Source of the DNA: Candidatus Poribacteria bacterium
Lineage (GTDB): Bacteria; Poribacteria; WGA-4E; UBA9662
DNA length: 64,000 nt
Reading direction: 5' to 3'
NCBI GenBank assembly: GCA_036339735.1
Contig: JAYZAL010000019.1
Span: forward strand, 32,001-96,000
In this document: positions 36,458-47,168 of the stretch, in pieces
How positions within the stretch are numbered: position 1 is the first letter of the stretch
How the letters are laid out: each line of letters starts with the position of its first letter
The notes under the pieces: generated by a model
The model's database searches: none
Told to the model about the DNA's origin: nothing
The model's input: the letters and a program-made list of their open reading frames with translations, nothing else
Program-made: the position numbers and the translations under genes

Positions 36458-38092
36458 ATGAATACAATACAGGCTATAACTAAAATTCTAAAAGCTGAAG
36501 GGGTGAATTTCATCACTTGTTTCCCCTCGAATCCTCTAATCGAAGAATTAGCTAAAGCAAATATTCGTCCTGTTATGTTTCGCCAAGAGCGCGGTGCATT
36601 AATGGCTGCAGATGGATTTAGCAGAATTAGCGACCGAAAGAGTTTTGGCGTAGCCTTAACTCAAAGTGGTCCAGGAGCAGAAAATTCGATGGGGGGGGTG
36701 GCCCAAGCTTTTAGTGATAACGTACCTATTCTTTATTTACCGGCAGGACCTCGACTGAGTGAATATGCTGTCCGTCCTAATTTCTCTGCTGTGAAAACTT
36801 TTGAAACTGTTACTACCCACGCTGAAGTGATTACGAATGCGGATCAAACAGTCAATGTTATGAGAAGGGCATTTCATCATCTTAGGAATGGTCGGCCTGG
36901 TCCAGTAATTATCGAAATTCCTGCTGATGTTGGTAGTCAAAAATTATCTTATAAAAGCATTAATTATATCCCACCTAAACGATACGCACAGCGTCCAGAT
37001 TCGACTGACGTTAAACAAGCAATCGATTTGTTATTGGATGCAGAAAAACCCGTTATTTGGGCTGGAATGGGCGTACTATTAGCTGGTGGAAGTCGGGTGC
37101 TGAAGAGTTTCGCTGAAGCAACAGGTATACCTGTTTTTTGTACTATGGGTGGGAAATCAGCATTTGACGAACGGCATCCTCAATCTCTTGGATCTGGTAG
37201 TGGGGCTACTACTTTGCCGGGATATCGGTGGATTCAGGAATCAGATGTTCTATTAGCTTTAGGTTCCAGTCTGACACGTACACCTTACGGACAATCAATT
37301 CCTGATAATAAAGATATTATTCATAACACTGAAAGTCCGGAAGACATCAATAAGGACTACTCAGTCAAAATTGGCCTAGCTGGTGATGCTAAATTGACTT
37401 TAGAATCTCTTTTGGACGAATTTCAATCTAGATCGGTCCAACCCATAGATGCAACCAAGGAAATTAGCCGGTTGAAACACGAATGGATGAACCAATGGAA
37501 ACCGTTATTGACATCCAATGAGGTGCCATTGAATACTTATCGAGTTATTTATGAAATTATACAAAATCTGAATTTAGAAAATAGTATCATTACTCATGAC
37601 GCTGGAGCACCTAGAGATTGTATCGTTCCCTTCTACCCAGCCACCGTTCCTCATAGTTACATCGGTTGGGGTAAGACAACTCATCTTGGCTTTAGTATCC
37701 CACTGATGATTGGAGCCAAGCTGGCACAACCCAGTAAGTTTTGCCTAAACCTTATGGGGGATGCGGCTTTTGGGATGTCTGGATTAGATTTAGAAACTGC
37801 TGTTCGTTGCCAAACGCCGATTACGACTGTTGTTCTGAATAATAGTGGAATGGCTACGTATCCCATCGGGACGTCCTTACACATGCCTGTTGCTTACCAA
37901 CGTTTTGGTGCGACAAAAATGAAAGGTGATTATGCCCAAATGGCTCAAGGGATGGGTGCTACTGGTTTAGTAGTTAAACAACCACATGAAATGGCGGAAG
38001 CTTTGAAAGAGGCGCAGCAGCTAAACTTTGATGGGAAAACTGTTTTAATTGATGTTCATTCGAACATGGAGGCTCAACGATCTCGTCCGTAG
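36458..38092 (+). CDS. Thiamine-pyrophosphate-dependent enzyme (acetolactate synthase-like)
   Basis: RQER, ADGFSR, SGPG, GRPGPV, GDAAFGM...LNN. Confidence 0.88.
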   Translation: MNTIQAITKILKAEGVNFITCFPSNPLIEELAKANIRPVMFRQERGALMAADGFSRISDRKSFGVALTQSGPGAENSMGGVAQAFSDNVPILYLPAGPRLSEYAVRPNFSAVKTFETVTTHAEVITNADQTVNVMRRAFHHLRNGRPGPVIIEIPADVGSQKLSYKSINYIPPKRYAQRPDSTDVKQAIDLLLDAEKPVIWAGMGVLLAGGSRVLKSFAEATGIPVFCTMGGKSAFDERHPQSLGSGSGATTLPGYRWIQESDVLLALGSSLTRTPYGQSIPDNKDIIHNTESPEDINKDYSVKIGLAGDAKLTLESLLDEFQSRSVQPIDATKEISRLKHEWMNQWKPLLTSNEVPLNTYRVIYEIIQNLNLENSIITHDAGAPRDCIVPFYPATVPHSYIGWGKTTHLGFSIPLMIGAKLAQPSKFCLNLMGDAAFGMSGLDLETAVRCQTPITTVVLNNSGMATYPIGTSLHMPVAYQRFGATKMKGDYAQMAQGMGATGLVVKQPHEMAEALKEAQQLNFDGKTVLIDVHSNMEAQRSRP

Positions 38093-38116
38093 CGTGAAAA
38101 TCGCTGATAAGTCTAA

Positions 38117-39223
38117 ATGTCAAATATGATGTCAGGTTCTTCGTCTTTAGATCATAGATCAATATTCAATCACGATGGCTATTTAGTTATAGAAAATCTA
38201 CTTAATTGGCAGAATGATATCTTACCACTTGTATTTGAATATCAGAAACTCATCGACGCACTTGCTGAAATTTTTCTGATCGAAGCAAAGGGTGTTGATA
38301 AAAGCCAATTAGACTCTTTATTAGGTAACTATCCTGAATTAGATTTTCCTGACCGTTTTGCTACCTTGATAGGTGCTAGTGGTGGAAGAGCCTTGCACCA
38401 CTTAGATCCTGTCTTGAACATTTATTCACCTGATTATCAATACCGTAGAGATCTACCTTCTGCTCAGATACCCCCACTATTTGATTTTGTTCGGCACACC
38501 AAGTTGTTAGATGTAATTGAAGAACTTATTGGCAGCGAAGTTTATGCTTCGCCTATTTATCATCTCAATATCAAGTTATCTAACCCGCATTTGATGAAAG
38601 CAGAAAATATAGCAAAAATTACTCGACAAAGATCTCCTGCCGAAGATGTGTTTTACAATTTTCAAGTAGGGCAAACGAATTGGCATATGGATGCTGTCGC
38701 CGGTTTAAGCGATTCGCTGGATAGTAGGATCGTAAATGCTTGGATACCGATAACTCAAGCTCATCAAGAAAATGGTTGTTTGATGGTAGTTCCAGAGTCG
38801 CATCAATTAGGTTTAATGAAAGAAATTCCACCGAGTATAGTTGAGAAGTCAATTAAATTAGAGGTTAAACCTGGTGATGTAGTGTTTTTAGATAATAAGG
38901 TACTTCATGCTTCATCCCCAAATAATAGTCAAGACGAATATCGTTGGGCTTTTAATTTTCGATATTTGCCACCGAAACAATCATGTGGTCGTCCTTTTCT
39001 TCCTGGTTTTATTGCACGTAGCCGCGAATCACCTGAAACTGAACTTTGTAATTCTTACTTGTGGTCATCTATGTGGGATCGAGCACTAGCTTATGTGACC
39101 AATAATGGTGTACCTTATACTTACGCAGATCTGGGAGAAATCACGTACCATCAAGCAAAATCTTTCACAGAAGACTGGTGGAGATTAACACCCAATCATA
39201 ATAGTTGGCTCAACTTACATTAA
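38117..39223 (+). CDS. PhyH family dioxygenase (long form)
   Basis: DGYLV, WHMD, ENGCLMVVPESH, HASSPN, RW. Confidence 0.82.
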   Translation: MSNMMSGSSSLDHRSIFNHDGYLVIENLLNWQNDILPLVFEYQKLIDALAEIFLIEAKGVDKSQLDSLLGNYPELDFPDRFATLIGASGGRALHHLDPVLNIYSPDYQYRRDLPSAQIPPLFDFVRHTKLLDVIEELIGSEVYASPIYHLNIKLSNPHLMKAENIAKITRQRSPAEDVFYNFQVGQTNWHMDAVAGLSDSLDSRIVNAWIPITQAHQENGCLMVVPESHQLGLMKEIPPSIVEKSIKLEVKPGDVVFLDNKVLHASSPNNSQDEYRWAFNFRYLPPKQSCGRPFLPGFIARSRESPETELCNSYLWSSMWDRALAYVTNNGVPYTYADLGEITYHQAKSFTEDWWRLTPNHNSWLNLH

Positions 39224-39246
39224 ATAAAAATCAGTTAAGGTGAAGA

Positions 39247-40149
39247 TTGAACATGTATGAAAAAATCGGAATTGTCACCAATATCTGGGCCCAAAGAATG
39301 GATCAAGGAGACTCATTTATTGATTTAGCACAACAATTTGGCCAGAATGGTTTTACCCAATTTGAAGTGCGGGACGGTGATTATTTACGTCAATCAATGT
39401 TTGGTGACTTGTTGGAAAAATTGAAAGATGTTATGAGAAATTATAACACGGAAGAGTGGGAAGAAATCTGCAGAAGCATTTGGCAATCAACTGAAAAAAA
39501 AGAATTTGTCGTCGAACATCAACAACTATTCCAACAATTTGGAGATTTCGTCGCAAAAATTTTCCCTTTTCGGTTTAGTTATGCGATTTCTCACCCTTGG
39601 CTATCTCAACCAGATGATTTATTAGCTGATAATAATTTTATTAAACAGGCAAAACGGCTATCTTACCTATTTTGTCCACAATCACCTAGGTTACGGCTAG
39701 TAGACTTGACAAGTCCTATTTCTGTAGATTTTGAAACGGCGAAAAGTAATATCAACCGCTACCTAAATTTGTCCCCCCCAACGATTTTTGCTGTCGAAAA
39801 TGCTGTTCAGCCAGCTACTGACTTAATTAAGCTAATTGAACATACTCCAGTAGTTTTGACTTATGATGAAGCTAATTCGTATCAACCTGATGGATCTGTA
39901 AAAGACGATTTATCTGCATTCTGGAGAAGCATTCAGATGAAGGATCTAACTTCTGTTCACTTTAAACAAAAGACAACTGATGGGGTGCTAACTGAGTTAG
40001 AAGATGGTTGGGTTGATTTAAGGTCTATTATACGGAAACTTAATCAGAGTAATTATCAAGGGGATCTTCTACTAGAAAATACGCCTTCTAACGATCCATT
40101 AACCGATGCGATAAATAGTCGTCATTATTTGTTGGATTGTCTTGATTAG
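39247..40149 (+). CDS. TIM-barrel sugar-phosphate isomerase/epimerase-like protein
   Basis: AVEN, YDEAN, VHFK, GWVD, YQGDLLLE. Confidence 0.6.
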   Translation: MNMYEKIGIVTNIWAQRMDQGDSFIDLAQQFGQNGFTQFEVRDGDYLRQSMFGDLLEKLKDVMRNYNTEEWEEICRSIWQSTEKKEFVVEHQQLFQQFGDFVAKIFPFRFSYAISHPWLSQPDDLLADNNFIKQAKRLSYLFCPQSPRLRLVDLTSPISVDFETAKSNINRYLNLSPPTIFAVENAVQPATDLIKLIEHTPVVLTYDEANSYQPDGSVKDDLSAFWRSIQMKDLTSVHFKQKTTDGVLTELEDGWVDLRSIIRKLNQSNYQGDLLLENTPSNDPLTDAINSRHYLLDCLD

Positions 40150-40153
40150 TTGT

Positions 40154-41146
40154 CTAAGATAAGTGGCAACGGGAAAAATTGCCGGGAGAAATTTCTCGTA
40201 AATCCGGTCGCTCGACTCGACAACGTTCTTCAACTTTCGAGCAGCGAGGATGAAACACGCAACCAGTTGGTAAGTTGGATGGGTCAGCTACTTCCCCCGA
40301 TAAAAGCTGACGATCGGGTTTAATTATAGGATCTGGCATTGGGACCGCTTCCAAGAGAGCTTCAGTATAAGGGTGATTGGGTTTTGTCATGATTTCTCTG
40401 GCAGAACCTAATTCTACTAAACGACCAGCATACATGACAGCAATTCGATCTGATATGTGTCCTACAACACTTAAATCATGAGCGATAAACAAATAAGTTA
40501 ATTTAAAGGCACTTTGCAAATCTTGTAGTAGGTTCAAGACTTGGGCTTGGACGGAGACATCAAGAGCAGAAACAGGTTCATCAGCAACTATTAGTTTTGG
40601 TTTCAATGCTAATGCTCTAGCAATACCGATACGTTGTCTTTGTCCACCACTGAACGCATGAGGATATCGGCGTAAATGCTCAGTTTTGAGGCCCACTTGC
40701 TCAAGTAAATCGCAAATAATATTTTCTCGTTCGGAGTTGTTAACCATTCCGTTAACCAATAATGGTTCGCCAATAATTTCAGCAACTGTCATACGAGGAT
40801 TAAGAGATGAATAGGGGTCTTGAAAAATCATTTGCATGTATCGCCTTAGTGGTCGTAATTCGTGGGTCTCGAGACTAGCTAAATCATAACTTTTTCCATT
40901 AATTTGAAAAATCACCTCACCGGCTGTTGGCTTTAGGGCACGTAATATAGTTCGACCCACGGTTGTTTTCCCTGAACCACTTTCTCCTACTAATCCAAGG
41001 CATTCGCCTGAGTACAATTCGAAGCTAACGCCATCTACTGCTTTTATTTGTCCGACTACTTTATTAAAAAACCCTTTTTTAATAGGGAAATGTTTTTTCA
41101 CCCCCCGAACTTCTAGTAATGGAAATTTGGCAGTTTCTTTATTCAC
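40154..41146 (-). CDS. Dipeptide/oligopeptide ABC ATPase (DppF/OppF-like)
   Basis: [36 protein letters not shown]. Confidence 0.93.
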   Translation of the reverse strand: MNKETAKFPLLEVRGVKKHFPIKKGFFNKVVGQIKAVDGVSFELYSGECLGLVGESGSGKTTVGRTILRALKPTAGEVIFQINGKSYDLASLETHELRPLRRYMQMIFQDPYSSLNPRMTVAEIIGEPLLVNGMVNNSERENIICDLLEQVGLKTEHLRRYPHAFSGGQRQRIGIARALALKPKLIVADEPVSALDVSVQAQVLNLLQDLQSAFKLTYLFIAHDLSVVGHISDRIAVMYAGRLVELGSAREIMTKPNHPYTEALLEAVPMPDPIIKPDRQLLSGEVADPSNLPTGCVFHPRCSKVEERCRVERPDLREISPGNFSRCHLS

Positions 41147-42173
41147 TTTTCTGGTTCTTAATAATCTTGAATAGTGGTTGTCTTTTAACGCAGGCGGCTT
41201 GGTGATTTTTTTTAATAGTTGTTAATGGTGGAGGATGACCCGTGTTACAATCTCCGGATATAAACTCCTCACAGCGAGGATGAAATGGACAACCATCAAT
41301 TTTTTCAAAAGGACTAGGAACAGTTCCAGTTATAGCACGAAGTTTGGTTTTTGGTGCCTTATCTGGTCTTGGAATAGAATTCAGTAAAGCTTTAGTGTAA
41401 GGATGCTGAGGGTATTGAAAAATCTCGCTAACTTGTGCTTGTTCGACTATACGCCCTGAGTACATGACAGCAACATAGTCAGCCATTTCAGCCACGACAC
41501 CAAGATCATGTGTAATTAACAAAATCGACATTGACAGATCTTTTTGCAAATCTCGCATCAGTTGTAAAATTTGAGCTTGGATAGTCACATCTAAGGCGGT
41601 AGTAGGTTCATCGGCAATAAGAAGTTTAGGTTGACAAGAAAGAGCCATGGCGATCACAGCCCTTTGCCTGAGACCACCACTCATTTGATGAGGATACTGA
41701 TTAAAACGCTCTGTTGGGTTTGGAATACCCACTCGGCCCATAATGTCGATCACTTTTTTTTTCGCTGAATTTTTGTTGGTTTTCATGTGGAGCCTAATTG
41801 CTTCCATGATCTGATTACCAACAGTATGAACTGGACTCAAAGATGTCATCGGTTCTTGGAAAATCATGGCAATCTCATGACCTCTGATTGAGCGCATTGT
41901 TTTTCCTTCGCTTGGTAAGTTAGTCAATACTAGGTCATTTCGATTATGCCATATGATATCTCCACCAACGATACGACCTGGTGGAGATATTAGCTGTAGG
42001 ATCGAGAAAGCCGTAACGCTTTTTCCTGAACCGCTTTCTCCCACAATAGCCAAGGTTTGACCGGATGGAATTTCTAAATAAACTCCATTGACTGCTTGAA
42101 CAACACCTTCATCTAAGAAGAAGTGTGTTTTCAGGTTGTTTATGGTTAAGAGAGGTTTAGACATAAAACTCAC
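41139..42173 (-). CDS. Dipeptide/oligopeptide ABC ATPase (DppD/OppD-like)
   Basis: [32 protein letters not shown]. Confidence 0.93.
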   Translation of the reverse strand: MSFMSKPLLTINNLKTHFFLDEGVVQAVNGVYLEIPSGQTLAIVGESGSGKSVTAFSILQLISPPGRIVGGDIIWHNRNDLVLTNLPSEGKTMRSIRGHEIAMIFQEPMTSLSPVHTVGNQIMEAIRLHMKTNKNSAKKKVIDIMGRVGIPNPTERFNQYPHQMSGGLRQRAVIAMALSCQPKLLIADEPTTALDVTIQAQILQLMRDLQKDLSMSILLITHDLGVVAEMADYVAVMYSGRIVEQAQVSEIFQYPQHPYTKALLNSIPRPDKAPKTKLRAITGTVPSPFEKIDGCPFHPRCEEFISGDCNTGHPPPLTTIKKNHQAACVKRQPLFKIIKNQKSE

Positions 42174-42178
42174 TAGAT

Positions 42179-43330
42179 TTATCCACGGTCGTAAGGGTCC
42201 GCTGCATCACGTAAACCATCCCCCATAAAATTAAAGACTAATACAGTTAGAATTACGAAAACTGAAGGCGTCAGCAACCACGGATAGAATGCAACGGTTT
42301 GAATGTTTTGAGCTTCCTGTAGTAATACTCCCCAACTAGTAATTGGGGGTCTCAACCCTAATCCCAAAAAGCTGAGCGAGGTTTCACCAATTATCATACC
42401 AGGAATAGCTAAAGTTAAACTAACGATAATATGACTCATGAACGAAGGTAGGAGATGGTATAACATTATACGGATTTGGCTAGCTCCAGCTAACATGGCG
42501 GCAGTTGCAAAATCTTCTTCTCTTAGCGATAGAATTTTGCTTCTCACCTGACGTGCAAGCCCAGTCCAACCGATAATTGAGAGTACTACGGTAATACCGA
42601 AATAGATTTGGATGGGAGACCAAGTTGAAGGTAGTACTGCCGACAGTGCCATCCAGAGAGGAATTTGTGGAAACGAGCGAATGATTTCAATAATACGCTG
42701 AATTACGTTATCAACCCATCCTCCATAATAACCTGAGACAACACCTATCAACAATCCTAACAAAAAGCTCATCCCTACACCAATCAGACCAATTGTTAGC
42801 GATACTCTTGCACCATAAATAATCCGGGACAACAGATCACGCCCCATAGAATCAGTACCAAGTAGAAACAAAGTCCCACCATCACCAATACCGATCAAAT
42901 GGATTTTCGTTTCAAATAAACCCCAGAAACGATAAGGATGACCTTGAGTAAATAATTGAATCGGATATTTGTGATTTTTGTCTTCCTGATAGAATTTCTG
43001 CAAAGTTTCAGGGTCACGCTTACCTTTGAGTCCATAGACAAAAGGCCATAAATGTAATCCATCATCGGATATAAAGTGGATCTGTTGTGGTGGTGCATAG
43101 GCGTATGAAGTGTCTTGAAATGATAAAGGGTAGGGTGCCAAAAACTCACAAAATAAAGCCATTAAATAAAGGCAAGCTAACATCATCATTGACCATACAG
43201 CAATACGATGCCGACGGAATTTCCACCACATTAACTGCCATTGAGAAGCTGTGGAAAAACTGTTTCTCAAATCATTATCTAGAGTTTCATCCTTCGTGTT
43301 TTTAGATGAACTAGTAGTTAAAGTCGACAC
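42179..43330 (-). CDS. Peptide ABC permease (DppC/OppC-like)
   Basis: LGTDSMGRD, SLSFLGLG, SWG, GDGLRDAADP. Confidence 0.92.
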   Translation of the reverse strand: MSTLTTSSSKNTKDETLDNDLRNSFSTASQWQLMWWKFRRHRIAVWSMMMLACLYLMALFCEFLAPYPLSFQDTSYAYAPPQQIHFISDDGLHLWPFVYGLKGKRDPETLQKFYQEDKNHKYPIQLFTQGHPYRFWGLFETKIHLIGIGDGGTLFLLGTDSMGRDLLSRIIYGARVSLTIGLIGVGMSFLLGLLIGVVSGYYGGWVDNVIQRIIEIIRSFPQIPLWMALSAVLPSTWSPIQIYFGITVVLSIIGWTGLARQVRSKILSLREEDFATAAMLAGASQIRIMLYHLLPSFMSHIIVSLTLAIPGMIIGETSLSFLGLGLRPPITSWGVLLQEAQNIQTVAFYPWLLTPSVFVILTVLVFNFMGDGLRDAADPYDRG

Positions 43331-43635
43331 TGACGGAATCTCATTTTTTAGCCTTATATTATTTTGTGCCTATAATTCTACGATAAAAGTAACAAAATTT
43401 CACTAAATTGTAACAATAAACACCCCAAATTAACGGGCAACACCAACAACTTTGAAATTGATTGATTTAATAACAAAAATAATTATGTTAAACTTTATTT
43501 GACTGACAGGTCTATTTAGAAGAACACATCAACCCTAACAGAGATGAAATTTTACTATCTTTTTACTGTCTTTAGGATCTATATTGGTAAATAATAAATG
43601 TTAAAACTTAATTCTTTTATTAATCGAATATTAAG

Positions 43636-44277
43636 ATGGATTTTCTGAGCCAATTTTATTTAGCTTTCACTATTTTTTCGGTGGGTATTACGGTCTTGGA
43701 TCTGATCGGGGTGTTAGGACAATCAGATGACGATGTAGATGTTTCTTTATCAGATGCATCATTATCAAACGATAATCCCGAAACTGATCTGACAATAGTC
43801 GACGATGCCGAAACAGATGTTGTGTTGCCAGATAACCCAGATTCACCGTTAAATTCTTCGGTTCTATCTTTATTATCTTATCTCAGAAGTTTGGTTTATT
43901 TTGGATTGGGTTTTGGACCAATGGGCGTATTTTCTTGGGCGACTAATAACACTGGTCTGAACAGCTTGTTTTGGTCAATACCCTCTGGTATTTTGGCTAC
44001 TATTCTGGCTCGTGTATTTTTTCGTTTTCAAAAAACACAAACTGACTCAACTCTCAAACCTCAGGAAATTTTATTCCAACAGGCAAATGTAACTATACCG
44101 ATTTCTCATGACCAGATGGGAAAAATCCGCATTCAAATTGGTATGAATGTGGCCGAGTATTATGCGTTATCCCGAGTAACCGATGATTCTTTCAGGAAGG
44201 ACGAAGTTGTTTGGATTACTGAAATAACAGACGAATATGTTTTTGTAGAACGAGATTTACTCACACATACTGATTAA
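43636..44277 (+). CDS. NfeD-like membrane protein (flotillin partner)
   Basis: N-terminal TMs with acidic linker, FGLGFGPMG, C-terminal OB-like region; directly upstream of SPFH genes. Confidence 0.7.
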   Translation: MDFLSQFYLAFTIFSVGITVLDLIGVLGQSDDDVDVSLSDASLSNDNPETDLTIVDDAETDVVLPDNPDSPLNSSVLSLLSYLRSLVYFGLGFGPMGVFSWATNNTGLNSLFWSIPSGILATILARVFFRFQKTQTDSTLKPQEILFQQANVTIPISHDQMGKIRIQIGMNVAEYYALSRVTDDSFRKDEVVWITEITDEYVFVERDLLTHTD

Positions 44278-44295
44278 TTTAGTTAGGAGGTTTTC

Positions 44296-45708
44296 ATGCT
44301 AACCTTAGCTGGCACATCAACCAATCCCGTTCTGTTTGGTGGATTAGGTCTTTTGGCCTTTTTGGCTTTGATTACTATTTTGAAATCGTTTGTTCGTGTT
44401 TGCCCAACTAACCAAATCCTAGTAATAACAGGAGCTAAAACTAATGTAGGTGGTAAGCAATACGGATTCCGTATCCAAAGGGGTGGGTGGACTACGGTGA
44501 TTCCGTTCATTCAGGGAGTCGAGCGTATTGACTTGGGTATTATACCAATCAATGTTCAAATCGAAAATGTCAATTCAGCTAATGGAATTACCGTCGGAGC
44601 TGATGCAACTGCTTGTGTTTGCGTAGATGATACAGTGGAAACACAATTGTACCAAGCTATTCAACAATTGCTGGGTAAAAGTAGAGAACAAATTACAGAT
44701 CAGATTCAGCAAACTATGGTTGGTAATTTTAGGGCTGCACTTAACAAGACTACACCACTTCAAGCTATTGGTATGGTCGAAAGTGCTGATAATATTGGCG
44801 AAAAGGAGTTAACGACAACAACTACAATCGATGTTGGAATTAACACCGAATCAACGACTGATAGAGACTCGGACGGGGAAAGGGCTTTGTTTCGTAGTGT
44901 TTTATTACAGGATTGTAGAGAAGATTTGTCGACTTTTGGTATTGACGTAGTTTCTGTTTCTTTACAGAGAATTTGGGATACTTCAAACTATATCTCAAAT
45001 TTAGCAAACAAAACATTATCAAAAAAAAGACAAGATGTTGAAATCGAAGAAACAGGTTTGAAAGCTAGAGCTGAACAAGCCGAATCTGATTCAGAACGAC
45101 TGATATCAGTCAGTCAAAGTAAAGCTAATGAAGAGATTTTAGCAATTCAGCAAGACGTTGACTTATTTACCAAAGAGGCCGAGGCACAGATCAGCCAAGC
45201 TGGACTCGAAGCTACGAGTTCAGTAGAAAAATCGGATAGCGAAGGGCAGCGTCGAGTTCAGGAATTGTTAGTTGAACTGCAAAAACTCAAGAACCAGTCC
45301 GAAATCACAATACCGGCTGAGGCCGAGCGTAGAGCAGCTGAAATCACAGCTGAAGGTGAAGCAAAGTCAGTTGAAATTACCGAGGTGGCTAAAAACGAAT
45401 TGCTTCAGCAAAAAGCAGAACTTCTAACTCAAGCTGGAGACATCGGTAAAATAGCACTCTTCTTCACTAAAATCCCATCTCTGTTCGATGCCTACGCAGA
45501 AAATGCTAAAGATCTAAAAGTTAACAACTTATTAGTTTTAAATGAAAAAGACGGGTTCAATAGTGCGGTTAATCGAGGTCCTGCGGCTTTTGTTGATTTT
45601 TTATATCAATTTGAAAAGGGGTTTGGTATAAGTGTCCGCCAATTGATGACTCAGAAGAACTCACCCCATCCGCGCCGAGATGACAATCAAATTTTGGAGG
45701 AAGCATAA
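44296..45708 (+). CDS. Flotillin/SPFH-domain protein 1
   Basis: TM, VCPTNQILVITG, RGG..VIPF, coiled coil PAEAER..AEGEA. Confidence 0.85.
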   Translation: MLTLAGTSTNPVLFGGLGLLAFLALITILKSFVRVCPTNQILVITGAKTNVGGKQYGFRIQRGGWTTVIPFIQGVERIDLGIIPINVQIENVNSANGITVGADATACVCVDDTVETQLYQAIQQLLGKSREQITDQIQQTMVGNFRAALNKTTPLQAIGMVESADNIGEKELTTTTTIDVGINTESTTDRDSDGERALFRSVLLQDCREDLSTFGIDVVSVSLQRIWDTSNYISNLANKTLSKKRQDVEIEETGLKARAEQAESDSERLISVSQSKANEEILAIQQDVDLFTKEAEAQISQAGLEATSSVEKSDSEGQRRVQELLVELQKLKNQSEITIPAEAERRAAEITAEGEAKSVEITEVAKNELLQQKAELLTQAGDIGKIALFFTKIPSLFDAYAENAKDLKVNNLLVLNEKDGFNSAVNRGPAAFVDFLYQFEKGFGISVRQLMTQKNSPHPRRDDNQILEEA

Positions 45709-47111
45709 TGGGTACGATAATATTTTTGATAACTCTTGGCGGTCTGATCTCAATAACTCTGTTTGTCCAGTTAATTTCTCGTATGAAGTTGGTTCCGCCC
45801 AGCGAGCTTGCCGTAGTTCATGGTCGTAATAAGACATATCGAGGCGGTAGAATTTTTGTGTATCCTCTAATTGAGCGGTTTGATACGATGGACCTGACTC
45901 CACAGACGACTAGTGTGGTGGTCGAGTCAGCAATTGCATCAGGAATTGTCCCCCTAACAGTAACAGCTACTGTTAGTTACGCAATATCGACCAGTGAAAA
46001 GGGTAGGCAAAATGCAATAAAGCGTATTTTAGAAATGACCAAGGGTGAAAAGTCTAAACTACAGACTATTGCTAGCTCTATAATCGAAGGTCATTTGAGA
46101 GATTCAATTGCAGCAATGACACCAGAAGAAGTAATGCGAGAAAAAGATCAGCTGATTTCAAACATGATCCAAATCTGTAAATCAGATTTAGAAGGGATTG
46201 GTTTAGAAATTACTACTATGAACATCGCCGACGTCGATGACCATAGACTTAGTGGAGTTGAGGAGAAACATCTATACATTGATCTTCTAAAGCGTGTACA
46301 GACAACTAACGCTGACTCTCAATCCCGAGAAGCGAAAGCTAATGCTGAATCTAGTGCTCGTGAGAAAGAAGAGCAAAGACGAGCGGAAGTAGAAAAAATA
46401 CGGCTAGAAAATGAACGCCAAAATCTGGAAGCTGAGTTAAAGGTTAAGATTGCACGAGAGAAACAACGTAGTGCTGTTGGCGCACAGGAGGCATTAAGGA
46501 ATGCTGAGTCTGAAGTAGCCGGAATTGAAGCCCAGATTGAAGCTGAAAAGCAGAGAATTGAGATGGTTAGAGCCAAATGTGAGGCTGAAATATTAATTCC
46601 AGCTCAAGCAGAGAGAGATAAGGCGATTGAGTTATCTAGAGCTGAAGCCGCCAAGATTCGAGGAGAAGCTCAATCGGAGCTAACCCAACTTAAACGTACA
46701 ATCGACATTTTGGAATCGGCCGGAGACCAAGGATTAAATGCCTACATTATCGAAAAATTTGATGAATTAGTAAAACCGTTCGCCCAAACCCTAGATTTGT
46801 TTCCAGTAGAAGATTTATCGGTAATTGCAGGGACAACGCCAAATAATGGTCCTATTTCGTCAATTCACCCTCATTCTGTCGACTTGGAACTTAACCGTAG
46901 AGTTGAGGCCATAATCTCTAATCAACAAAAATTGGATCGAGTAGAAATGGACGCCGTCAATATTCTTCAGGATGCACTAGAACAAGAAAATGAGCAAATT
47001 GAAGAAACATCTACTTCACAAGGTAGTAAGAAAAGTAATCGAGATTCACGTCAAGAACGGGTGCAACGTTTCAAGAGTCTACGAAAGCAACATGACTCTG
47101 ACCAAGACTAG
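45708..47111 (+). CDS. Flotillin/SPFH-domain protein 2
   Basis: TAATG coupling; VPPSELAVV, EGHLR...MTPEE, PAQAER. Confidence 0.85.
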   Translation: MGTIIFLITLGGLISITLFVQLISRMKLVPPSELAVVHGRNKTYRGGRIFVYPLIERFDTMDLTPQTTSVVVESAIASGIVPLTVTATVSYAISTSEKGRQNAIKRILEMTKGEKSKLQTIASSIIEGHLRDSIAAMTPEEVMREKDQLISNMIQICKSDLEGIGLEITTMNIADVDDHRLSGVEEKHLYIDLLKRVQTTNADSQSREAKANAESSAREKEEQRRAEVEKIRLENERQNLEAELKVKIAREKQRSAVGAQEALRNAESEVAGIEAQIEAEKQRIEMVRAKCEAEILIPAQAERDKAIELSRAEAAKIRGEAQSELTQLKRTIDILESAGDQGLNAYIIEKFDELVKPFAQTLDLFPVEDLSVIAGTTPNNGPISSIHPHSVDLELNRRVEAIISNQQKLDRVEMDAVNILQDALEQENEQIEETSTSQGSKKSNRDSRQERVQRFKSLRKQHDSDQD

Positions 47112-47168
47112 TTGACCTTATCTGCTAAGTGACTGAAAAAATTGATTTATTTAATTCAAGGAGAATGA

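Noticed and set aside
43331-43635. Replication origin in the AT-rich divergent intergenic region
   Set aside because: No cluster of DnaA boxes seen; consistent with ordinary divergent promoters.
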